From NCBI GenBank assembly GCA_964016885.1, contig OZ024747.1:29016001-29080000 (forward strand): a stretch of 64,000 nucleotides of DNA. Reading direction: 5' to 3'. The first letter of the stretch is position 1, and every line of letters starts with the position of its first letter. This document shows, piece by piece, positions 24,085 through 36,300 of the stretch. Below the pieces are notes generated by a model. The model did no database searches. It worked only from the letters and a program-made list of their open reading frames with translations, and was not told the DNA's origin. The position numbers and the translations under genes were made by a program. This stretch comes from Eledone cirrhosa (Eukaryota).

Positions 24085-24883
24085 GCCTGGAATTGTGATT
24101 TCTACAATAAAAAATAATAATAATATAGAGGGTGACCTAGTGGTGGAACAACACTGTGGCTAGAAATGTGAAAGCCAAGAGTGAGAGATGAGGAAAGAAA
24201 GGGTGACAAAGATCAGTTCCAGATAGCTAAAAGAGAGACTAGACAACTTAAAGCAGAGTTTGCTAATGTCTTCAATTTGAGGATTAGAGACCACCACATT
24301 GCAAAACACTGTCAGAGAAAACCAGGATGACACTAGTTCACTTAGCATCACTGATACCCAAAAGAGGCCGGGAAGTGTTATTATGAGAGGTTGATATATA
24401 TATATATGAAAATGTTTAACCCCGACGGCAGAGCTCAAGCCGTTTAGACGGCTATTTCTGTACTTTGTTATATATATATATCATCATTCATCATCATTTC
24501 ATTTTACGTCCGCTTTTTCCCTGCTTGCAAGGGTGGGACGGGAACTGATTCTGGCTTGATTTCTACAGCTGGATGCCCTTCCTAACACCAACCTCATTTA
24601 CAGTGAGTGCTGGGTGCTTTTTTGCCGTGGCACCTCCACGACCACTTTGCAGTGGAATGATATGGACTCCAGTCCTTATTATCTCATTTCTACAGCTGAG
24701 TAAACTGGAGCAATGTGAAATAAAGTGTCTTGCCCAAGGAAACAACACATCACCCGGTCTGAGAATTGAACTCACAACCTTTCGATTGCAAGGCCAATGC
24801 TCTAACCACTAAGCCATGTGTCTCCATATATATATATTAAAATACAAATATTAATAAAATAGATGTTCTTTTTCTCAATTACA

Positions 24884-24934
24884 TTTTATTATACATATTT
24901 CAGATGTACAACAGTACGTCCTCATCAGACAAAA
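24884..24934 (-). ncRNA. Minimal type-I hammerhead ribozyme motif (Penelope-type)
   Basis: Minus strand reads ttttgt CTGATGA ggacgtac-tgtt-gtacatct GAAA ta-tg-ta TA ataaaa: intact core, stems I and II, self-complementary short stem III. Confidence 0.6.
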
Positions 24935-25269
24935 TATAATGATACATGACATACCCTGAGATATTAAATGGTTAAGATTTAATCAAGGTAGTAATTTATT
25001 TTATTAATATTTGTATTTTAATATTAATAACTCTGGAAAATTATTTTCCATAGAGTGCTTCCAATCTACTGTAAAACTCATTCTTTGATATACTCATTGA
25101 ATATTGTTTAACTCTTTAATATATATATATATATATATATGCGTATGATTTCATACAAATGAAACAGTTCTAGTCCTGTATAAGTTATTTCTATAGAAAA
25201 TAAAGATGCCTACACTCTACTAACGTATTGAGTCCTTTTTTTAAAAACTATGATGACTTCCAGATACTC

Positions 25270-25684
25270 ACCGGGAATCCACTCAGTATATATATGTTGT
25301 TCAGTCAGCTCCAGGATAGTGTGCATAGTGTGGGAAAGCTACTACTCCGATATAAGGACAAACTGAAGTACAATCTTAAGTCTGTCAACGTACCTCTTTC
25401 TTCGTTTGAAGCTATGACTGCTAACCGTAAAAGATGGAGAACCGTCTGCCACGGAGGTATAAAAAAACTGAGAAATCTCGCTTAGCCCACCTCTGTGAGA
25501 TAAGATCTGACACCGGAATCCAGTCGGGCATTCCAGCCTGCTCTGTTCAAGATCCTGTCAACTGCACCAAATGCGGATTGATATGTAAATCAGTAGCTGG
25601 ATTGAAGTACCACTTGAGTCATAAACATAAAACAACGAACTGAAAAGACTGTTGAACCCTCATACGTCGAATTGACAGGAGAGT

Positions 25685-25690
<6 letters not shown>
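25270..25690 (+). mobile_element. RTE/BovB-like LINE 3' fragment
   Basis: LFSQL...RYKDKLKYNLK...ANRKRWR and a C-terminal CxxC..H finger (CTKCGLICKSVAGLKYHL). Confidence 0.7.
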
Positions 25691-25721
<31 letters not shown>

Positions 25722-25933
25722 ATAATTGTTTCTACTTTTGGCACAAGGCCAGCAATTACCCAGTACATTACTGGTACTTTATTTTATCGACCTCTGTATG
25801 GATGAAAGGCAAAGTTAACCTCGGCGGGATTTGAACTCAGATCGTAAAGGGACGTAACTATGCTGGAAAGCATATCCGACCCTCTACCGATACTGCCAAT
25901 TCACCTCCCTCTCTATATATAAAATAATAATAA

Positions 25934-26196
25934 AAGGACAATTTGTTATGTCTTCATTGCGTTTATTGAGTAGTGACACGCGTTTCGCTATTGATCAGCT
26001 CAAGGTTCGAACTGTATCAATCTGGTTCGACTCTGGAATCAAAAGCTCGTCGGACCTCTGCTGTGGTAATGACCACAACAGAGGTCTGACGAGCTTTTGA
26101 ATCCAGAGTTGGGCCAGATCAATACAGATCAAGCCATGAGCTGATCAACAGCGAAACTACTCAATAAACGCAATGAAGACATAATAAATCGTCCTT
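25934..26196. repeat. ~263-bp imperfect palindrome of two inverted Penelope-like pLTR segments with hammerhead cores
   Basis: Arms pair about a 4-nt centre (tgtggt-aatg-accaca). Plus strand has CTGACGA (26086)...GAAAC (26153); minus strand has CCGACGA...GAAACGCGTGTC. Confidence 0.75.
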
Positions 26197-26727
26197 ATAT
26201 ATATATATATATATATATATACTGGAGAGAGAGAGAGAGAGAGAGTAACTTCCGTATGTATTCAATCTAACACACACACACCAGGGTAGAGAAGGTGTAA
26301 GAAATGACATACTGACCAGCGATAAGAAAATCGACATCTACATATTTCTGTTTTGTCCGACCAGAAGAGAACAACAAATACTATTTACTTAGGAAACAAC
26401 AGAAGTCCAGGAAATATCTAATGAACGGAATCTCCAACTCGAATCTACGCTCAATATATTTTGTTGGCACTTGGTCGCTATGACAACGGTGTTTATAACA
26501 AATTCCTCCCACTTCCCTCTGCTCACTAGATAATACTTTATAACTGTGTTTCTTCCTAATCTGAGTTTCGCAGGATAAAGTGGGTTTTTTCCCCCAAAAT
26601 AATATTTAATAAAAAAAAAAAGAATATGAATAAATTTTCAATAAAAAAATATAAAGTATCTTTGACAACATACCTCAGTTGTAGAAAGTATCACACCAGC
26701 TTCCACGAATTCGATTACACATACGCA

Positions 26728-27432
26728 TTAGGATTAGGTCAATGTTAGTGTTTATATTAGGTTCGAGTTGGAAATAAGTTAGGATTGGAGTTAAGGCTGG
26801 AGATAGGTTAGAGTTTGAGTAAGGTTAGATTAAAGATGGAGTAAGAGTTAAAATTAGTGTCGTGTTTAGAGTTAGGGTTTGATTGGGTTGGGGTTAGGGT
26901 TAAAGAGAGGGTTGGAGATAGGGCTGGTGTTAGGGTTAGAGATAGCGTTGAAGATTGGATTAGATTATAGTTGGAATTAGGGTAAGAATTAGGTTATATT
27001 TGGAGTTAGGTTAGATTCGGGGTTAGGGTTAGGGCTAGGCTGGGGGTTAGGGTTAGTGTTAGAGTTCAGGTTAGCATTGAAGTTAGGGCTAGGGTTATAG
27101 TTGGGGTTTAGAGTTGGAGTTCAGGTTAGAATTAGTTTAGATTTGGTATTAGAGTCAATGTTAGGGTTTGAGTTAGGATTAATCTAGATTTAGTTAGGGT
27201 TTGGGTTAGGTTAGGGCTTGATTAGGATTAAGTTAGGGTTAAGTCAGTGTTGGGGTTAGATTTAAATTAGGGTTGGAGTTAGAGGTGGAGTTGGGGTTAG
27301 GTTACAGTTGTTGTTAGGATTAACATTAGGTTAGATTTGGAATTAGATTTAGAGATATGGTTGGGATTAGGTTAGGGTTGGAGTTAGAATTAGGTTAGTG
27401 TTAAAGTTAATATTATGTTGAGGTTTGGGTTA
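26728..27432. repeat. Degenerate (TTAGGG)n-like interstitial array, ~700 bp
   Basis: ggttagggttagg, ttagagtt and ttggagtt hexamer variants throughout. Confidence 0.85.
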
Positions 27433-27499
27433 GAAACAAGAGAAATTGCTCTAATTATAGAGGAATCTCCTTGTTAAGTCTCTCCGTTAAAGTCTATGT

Positions 27500-27716
27500 T
27501 GTCTGGAAAAGAGATGTAGGGATATTTTGAGTCAAAGTTAGCTGACGAACAGTGTGGTTTTTACTCTGGACATAGCACAGCTACCAAATATGAGAAATCA
27601 TGGGAGTACTGCCAAGAGGTGTAAGCTTGTTTCATGGACATCAAAAAGGCATACAACCACATTCCATGAGACTTGTTATGGAAGATCCTGCAGAAGTATG
27701 GAATTGAGTAAAGGGG
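27500..27716 (+). mobile_element. Decayed RTE-type RT fragment
   Basis: ACFMDIKKAYNHIP..LLWKILQKYGI. Confidence 0.55.
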
Positions 27717-30099
27717 TCATATCAAAACATTATACACACACAAATATATATAACACCCTTTTGTACCCGTTGGGATGCATAAGACTTTGATGTATGTGTG
27801 TATATATATATATATATTATATACGTAAACAGAGAATTTAAAATATTTGTTACATAAGTTATAAATGGTTTCTAAACACAGGCTCAAAACAACAGGTTTC
27901 TGGAGGAGAGTTATAGTTAAGGTATAATCGATTAAACCAATCGCAGTACTCGTTTGGTTCTTTATTTTTTCGACGCCGATAATAAATAAAATAATAGTGA
28001 TAAAACAAACACAAAACAAAAACAATGATAATAATGATAATTATTATTGTATAAGAAATCATGAATATATATTAAAAAATCATTCTCTTTTTCATTATCA
28101 TAATTATTATAGTAGTTATATTATTATTAATGAAAATCATTACTCGGAGTAATCCGGTGATTGTCGACATAAATAAATAGATAGTTAAATAAAGACAGAG
28201 TGGAGAGAGATAGAGAAAGAGTGAGTGAGAGAAGTGAGGAATAGACAGAGATAGAGAAAGAGTGAGTGAGAGAAGTGAGGAATAGACAGAGACAGAGACA
28301 GAGATAGAGAGTGAGAGAGGTGAGATATAGTGATAGAGAGAGGGGTATTGAGGCGTCTTTTAATTTGCATAGAGTCCCCAGTTCTATTGGAAGACATTGA
28401 TAATGGTTGAGAAGCTTCTTTCGAAATGGAGGAAACCAAATGTGTGTCATATAGAATGATGATACCTAATGGAATTTTACTCAAGCCCTGTTACAGTTCA
28501 TTTCCAGTCATTGACCATCCACCCAAGAATAACCTTATTTTACCCAAACAAACAGGGTATGTATATATATACAGTATATATGTATGATGTATACATATAT
28601 ATCATATATGTGTGTATAGGATGTTATTGTTTAGCCCAATCTCAGCCCTGATCGAACTGATCAAAGGCATCCCAGCCATGGTCATCCTTTTCTTATCATG
28701 AAACTACATTATTTAATGTGCCTTTTCTTATCATGAAACTACATTATTTAATGTGCCTTTCCTTTTTCAAGGTTGTAGGGCTGTCATTTGGGGATTTGAT
28801 GAAGATTTGACTGCATTGAGTATCCCTCGTTGGCTATATATATATATATATATATGTTTGTGGTCTTGAATTGAATAGTCGGCTGATCTATGTCTAAGTT
28901 GTATATATATTTTTAAAAATAGGAGCCTATCTTGTTCTGTTTGACATCCTTTTACGCAAGCATTAACTTTTAAATTCAAATTTCCAGAAAGTCTTGACTA
29001 TATATATTTATTGTCTCAGATATGTTACCGTATTCCTGTTTCTAGTCTATGAACTATTGAGCTATATTCTTCCTCCAAGGATCCAACTTCATCCATGTAT
29101 GCTCTGTAATCAGATAAAGTAAATACTTAGTCATTGAAATAATAATGTTTTCTCCTAATTTCGTAGATTTTATTAAATTAATTAGATATTTTTCCTTCAC
29201 TAAATTAACTACGATGGTCTAACTTGACTATAATCTAGACAAGTTGAGGGGGGGGGGGGTTACATAACACACCCTGTTGTTCCAATGAAGGTGTATTTTA
29301 ATTAGTGGGTTTGTTTTAGACTGTTTGTAAACTATGTATGTGTGGTATGTATTTATGTATCATATGTATGTATGTAATTGCTAGGCGACTTTTTCTCTTT
29401 TTTCATTGTCTCCATGCGATGGGAAGGCTTTGTCATCATCTTGTCAATCGTCAAATGGAGTAGGTGCTTGCGATTTTGGGACAATGTTTGCTATATCACT
29501 CGCCCCTTCCCCCTCACTCTCTCTCTATATATATATGTATTATTCTCCAGACTCTAGCTATTGACCAGTTAATTTTCTTGATTTTTTAGTCGATTCTATT
29601 GACTGATGAATAGCTTATGTTAATTTTAACCCTTCTGTTGATGTTTTTGCATTCTTGCAAAAATATACACAACTGAATTCATTCGCCTGATATAGGGGTT
29701 GCCTCCCTTGCCGATCCCCACGTGGGGTCAGCAATAGTCGGTCCTTGTATTAACATTGAACTAAAACCTGTTGAGAAAGTGGCTTCCTTGTTCAATCATC
29801 TTACCAGAAGCCTGACATTATTTATGTAAGCGGACGGTACTTGATTTAGGAGCCGCAGAAACCCATATACTGGATTTTACCAACCTTCCAGGGGTCCGGG
29901 TAAATTTTCAATACCCGAATTACTTCATCGTTTGTTTTTTGGCTATGCGAATGATTGTTTAACCATCGTCTCAGTGTGTTTGGCCTTTAACGTTTGTTAT
30001 AGCTCTGGTTCATCTGAATCATTGAGCACTTGCCGCACATCTCGGAGGTTGTTTTTCGTTATTTCGTGGGCCGAAATGCGAATCTCGATAATTTATGTT

Positions 30100-30142
<43 letters not shown>

Positions 30143-31236
30143 TCACTCACATAATTACTCTTACTCGTTTACCTGTTCCATCCGACTGGCTGAAGCCATG
30201 CTGGGATAACGCCATTGTCGCTATATTTACACACACACACATATATATATATGTTCCTTTTCCGATTTCCTGAAAATTGTTATGTAAAAACAAAGAAAGA
30301 AATCCATGTTGAAAGTCATGCAATAAACTTTCACAATTATACGTACATACACACACACAGTCACTGACACAATGCGTACATACATATATACTTACAATAT
30401 ACACCCCAGAAGAAATGTTACCTAAATCGAAGTTCTGCTTCCCCAGAGAACTTTTCTTCTCATAAACCATTTCCGTCAAAGACCAAGAATTGTTGGACCA
30501 AACCTCCGCATTTGGATTTCTTGTTAACAAAGATTTAAGAATGGAATTAATTAATTAACAGAGCTGATTAACAAATTAGTGTTTAGTAATGATCTAGTAC
30601 TAACATTAAGGTTAATTAATAATTAAAGATATTTAACATAGAGAGAAGGCCAGGGATTTTAGGGGAGGAATATAAAACCGTCATTACTTGACTATTAGTT
30701 TCTGTCCTAACATGATAAATGAAAGGCAGAGACAAACAATAATTATAATCATAACGATGATTTAAAACTTGAAATGTACTCATATTAAACTTAATCGTCT
30801 ATGTAAATAACTCTTTTTCTATCTATTCCCCGCCTTTTTTTCCACACTGTTTAAATTCTATACATGGAACACTTTCTCTGGTAAGACAGACAAACTTGCC
30901 CTGCGCTTTCTATTGAGTCTTGTCATTTGTGTTTGGGAATTCGTAGCTAAAGAAACTTTATTACAGAAACAGATAAACAAATATTAAATTCAAAGAATAA
31001 GGATTTATAATTATAAAATAGATGATTAATGAAACAAGATATTTGAGTATTGTTTCTATTTATTACTGTTTGTAACTAAAATTCTTATTTATTCTATCTG
31101 GGCTTTTTTGGTCATTGTTTCGGTACCATAGACAACCTTTCTCCCTTACATAATATTTCTTACACTACACGTACAAACTCTTTGGATAATGTGTTGCTCT
31201 CGAGCCGCAGTTTGATCATACTTTAAACTACCTATT

Positions 31237-31661
31237 ATGAGTGATCATTCAGTTTATCGTGGTGCCTTTACAATTATATATTTTCGTCTTCTATCCTTTT
31301 CTTTGTTTTGTAGACTTACAAAGCACCTATTTTCCGATCGCTTTTCGTATGCCAAGCGATTGAATGAAGCAACAGACAAACTCCTACCTTCTCCTCATGA
31401 CCGTACTGGGGAACAACAGACTTCCCCATTGCTGTTCACCAGTCCCACCACCTTCAACCTTCCTTCTTCGATTTATTCCCCAACTTCGATCTATTCTTCA
31501 CCTTCTCCCCCAACATCAGATATTAAAGTGAACCGAAGGAAGTCATCTGTCCCTTACAAAAGTCCATTGAGGTTTGATCCCAGTTTTCGTGGAATCTTAT
31601 TTACATTGCAAATCAAATTAGTAAAGAACGAAAGCAAGTTAATTATGAAAACATTGTTCAA
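31237..31661 (+). CDS. ZGLP1: ZGLP1 first identified coding exon (alternative acceptor at 31314)
   Basis: Ser/Pro-rich region plus RRK..P.KS...DPSFRG motif; donor AA/gtaagt at 31662. Confidence 0.75.
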
Positions 31662-33337
31662 GTAAGTTTTAATTCTTTATTCACGTCTTCTCCCTCTCTC
31701 ATTAAATTTGAACGTTGATTAAAAAAAAAATTATATTATGAATTGTTTACAAAAGAAAGACATCGATAACCTCTCTCAAAAAATAAAGGAAATCTAAGTG
31801 GAGTCATGATTTGCAGAAAGGACGAATTGATAAAACTTAAATTAAAATTATGACAATTTATTTTAAAGATTGATATTGCTTTTAAAACAAGTATTACTTT
31901 AAAAATTATTTTTATAATGAGTTTAATTCAATGTTTATGTAGTTTGAATTGCCGTGAAGGCTTATTTATTTTGATAAAGTCTTCAAGAGTCTAACTTCTT
32001 GTTAAGGTGCCATAATGGCTACACGTGTCCAATTAACATATAAGAATTTAGCCAATAAAATCTGGTTTATTTTTTACAATTACACTCGTCTCGTGTTGGA
32101 GGTGAAATTTTGTGTTTTCCCCAAGGTTTTTAGGTTGTTTTGAACGAATCTGGCCTTCAAAACCATCTGAAATTATTTTCTTTTTAGTTAACTATTGACG
32201 AATAATTTCTGGTGGTTTTGAAGGCCATATTCGTTCAAAACACAACAGAAACTCGAAGAAAAACAGAAATTTCACCATTTCAAGCGAGACGGGTACAATT
32301 TTAAGGTAAACTCCGACTGTCTCCCTCGAGTTAACTAAAAAAAAAACAACGAATAATTACTGAGGGCTTTGAAGATCAGATTCGTTCGAAACATACACAC
32401 ACAAAAAAAAAGCATAGGAAAATATAATTTTCACTTCCAATGCGAGATGGTGTAGTTGTAAAAATAAAATCTAATTCCTATTTTTTTTCTGTTTTCATTT
32501 TCGTTGAATTTTTTCTTATTGAATAATTTGGATATACCGAAATATTTTTGAGTAAATTAAAAACAAGAACATTTTCACATCGGCCATATTTTGATTCATA
32601 ATTGTCTTATTAAGGTCAAGTCAGAGTTCTTGAAGTTTCGCCTGTGCATTTACAGGCTCACCAGAACCTAATAAAGTATAAAATACATTTGTTAATGTAT
32701 ATTTAATAAATTATGAAATACATATATTTAACAATATTGTTTGTTTCATGAAATTTCATGAAGTTTGTTGCAGAAAATTTAATAACGTTTGTGTTAGTAT
32801 TCTATTCTGGTTTGTTTATATTTTCTTTTGGCTTTCTACGAGGGTCAGGTGAAAAGTTCATAGGCTGACTAAGATACTCTCATTGAATGTGACCAAATGA
32901 GGTTTATTTTTCAACATAGTTCACCTTGTGGTCCATCACTTTTTCCACCGGTGTTGCAGTGTAATCCTCTAATGTAGCAACCATGTCAGCATGAATGTCT
33001 TTGGGGGCTAAACCCCTTTTCTGAGGGTACTTGATAACACCACAATGCCAAATTTCGTCCATTTTCAAGAGAAGTCACTACTAGTTACTTTTGAAGTTTT
33101 CTTTGAGCAGTCAGATGTCAGTTTACCTGGAAAGAAACAATGCAGTTATCAATAAATAGAGTTGAAATTACTGCTTACAAGATTTCACAGCTCTAGCATC
33201 ATTCCTACTTAGTCAGCTTGTCAACATTTCAGCTCACCCTTGTATGTCTGACCAAATTTTAAAATGTTTATTTGTGCATTTTATCTAATGTATGTACGTT
33301 CTTTGTCTTCCTGTTCCTATGTATGTACATACATACA

Positions 33338-33371
<34 letters not shown>

Positions 33372-36300
33372 CGTGTGAAGCACAGTGAAACACATGTTAA
33401 AATAGATTTGTACCACTACCATATTGCCATCTCTCTACTGTACCACTCTACCATATTGCCATCTCTCTACTGTACCACTCTACCATATTGCCATCTCTCT
33501 ACTGTACCACTCTACCATACTGCCATCTCTCTACTGTACCACTCTACCATACTGCCATCTCTCTACTGTACCACTCTACCATACTGCCATCTCTCTACTG
33601 TACCACTCTACCATACTGCCATCTCTCTACTGTACCACTCTACCATACTGCCATCTCTCTACTGTATCACTCTACCATACTGCCATCTCTCTACTGTACC
33701 ACTCTACCATACTGCCATCTCTCTACTGTACCACTCTACCATATTGCCATCTCTCTACTGTACCACTCTACCATATTGCCATCTCTCTACTGTACCACTC
33801 TACCATACTGCCATCTCTCTACTGTACCACTCTACCATACTGCCATCTCTCTACTGTACCACTCTACCATACTGCCATCTCTCTACTGTACCACTCTACC
33901 ATATTGCCATCTCTCTACTGTACCACTCTACCATACTGCCATCTCTCTACTGTACCACTCTACTGTACCACTCTATCATACTACTCTCTCTATACTGTAC
34001 GACTCTACCATACTGCCATCTCTCTACACTACCACTCTACCATACTACTCTCTCTATACTGTACCACTCTACTATACAACCATCTCTCTACTGTACTACT
34101 CTACCATACTACCCTCTCTCTACTGTACCACTCTACCATACTACCCTCTCTCTACACTACCACTCTACCATACTGCCATCTCTCTACTGTACCACTCCAC
34201 CATACTGCCATCTCTACTGTACCACTCTACCATACTACCATTGATCTACTGTACCACTCTACCATACTACCCTCTCTCTACTGTATCACTCTACTATACA
34301 ACCATCTCTCTACTGTACCTCTACCATACTACCCTCTCTCTACTGTACCTCTCTACCATACTACCCTCTCTCTACTGTACCACTCTACCATACTGCCATC
34401 TCTCTACTATACAACCATCTCTCTACCATACTACCATCTCTCTACTGTACCACTGAACTGTACCATTCTCCCATATTGCCATCCCTCTATTGTACCATTC
34501 TACCATACTGCCAACTCACTATTATACCCTCTATCACACTTCCATCTTTCTACTGTATTACGCCACCATGTGTCTCATCTTTTATGCTGCTATCTATCTA
34601 TTCCTCTGCATTGCCTGTGTAACTAGAAATGACCTGGGATCTATTTAACCTCAGACATTCTCTTTCCTCTTCACAGCTACATGTTCCATTATTCATTGAA
34701 TTAATATTCATCGTAAAAACTAAAGGGTTTCAAGTTACTTAATTTTGCATAATCTTTTTTATAGCAGTGACTGTGTGTATCTAGTTTAGAATAAATACAC
34801 TGTATTTCATAAATGGCAGTTAGAAAGGTTGACATCAGGAAGGGCATCTGCCTGTAAAACATTGTTCCATAATGTATCCCATGTCATGGGGTTTCTCAGC
34901 TATTCCCAGTTTTGCAGAGGAAATGGTTTTAAAACGCCTGTTGTTTACCGTATAAGAGTGATAATTCAGTTGAAATTTTAATTAGAATATGGTATTGAAC
35001 TAAGTGAATTATTGTTTACTTGTTTGTTAAGCAAATGTTTATCATCATAATCGGCCTTTAACATCTGTATTCCCAGTTGGCAAGGATTGGATAGATCATT
35101 GCAGATCAAGTCAGTATTCAATTGAAGCTGCCGAGGGCCCTATTCTATTTGAATTTTATCATAGAAACTTTAGAAAATGTTTATTTATGTTATATTTGCA
35201 TTTTAGAAACTTTAGAAAATGTTTATTTGTTATATTTGGATTTTAGAAACTTTAAAAAAAAGAAACTGTTACATCGAAGAGAAAAAACTGTTAATTACCA
35301 TTCAGACTCTTTGAGTGGTTCTGAGGTGGAAACCTCCCCCAAAAGTATTTCTAAACATATACGTATGGAATCTTGTGACAATCATCATAGTAAGTAGAGC
35401 TGTCTTAAACATTTCTCAATTAACAACTCATTTTCTTATTTTTGACATCATAGATAAAAAAAACTGTTTCTACTTTTATTTCACTCATGTGCTGGGTGCA
35501 TTTTATCATGGCACCAGCACTACCACCTGTTCTATGTATACTGGGTCCATTTTATTGTGGCACCAACATTTCCATGTTTCAGAGTGGGTGCATTCTATTG
35601 TGGCACTAGCACTATCATTTTACAGAGAATACTTGGTGCATTTTATAATAGAACCAGAACTAGCATCATCATCATTATCGTTATGTTGAGTTTCCTCAGA
35701 CAACATTGATAATTATACTTCTCCACTTGTCCCTATCCAGCAAGGCCGTCTGTGAGTTCATTCTTTCAAAAATTCAAGTTTTTACAAACCTGCTCCAGAA
35801 ACGTAGCATGAGGCTGACACCCTTTTCTTCTACCATGTCTGGGTTCCCATAGCAGTAAGTGGTGTAATGCCTCTGCCTGATCTCTTTGTCATACATGACC
35901 TATAAGACTGAGTCAAAAGAGATGAAAAGACAGTTGGATGGCACATATACCAGGCTACTGAGGAAAGTGTAATATGTATCTTGGAGGGAGCACAGAATAA
36001 ACAACTTTATATATGGTGATCTGAGACTGATTACAAATGCTATAAAGACCAAAACTAGCTCTGTGCAACATATAGTGTGTGCATTTTATGCAGACACCAG
36101 AACTACCACTTTACGACATATACAGGGTGCATTTTATCATTGTACCAACACTATCTCTTTATTGTGTGGACAGAGTGCATTTTATTGTAGCATCAGCACT
36201 GCCACCTTACAGCATGAATTAGATGCATTGGAAGGGTGGGGTAGCAGCAGTAAGAAGGTTTTAATGTACTTAGCAAATTTGAAGAGTTCTCTCTCTACCT

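Noticed and set aside
26728-27432. True telomere or chromosome end
   Set aside because: The repeat is highly degenerate and internal, with genes on both sides.
28686-28755. Exact 35-bp direct duplication (also a ~65-bp pair at ~18316-18435)
   Set aside because: These are ordinary slippage duplications with no further signal.
33410-33960. CRISPR-like array of 32-bp repeats
   Set aside because: Units are contiguous with no unique spacers, there are no cas genes, and the context is eukaryotic.
33264-34626. Three long overlapping ORFs (322-400 aa)
   Set aside because: They are translations of a stop-free 32-bp minisatellite, open in all three frames and located in a ZGLP1 intron.
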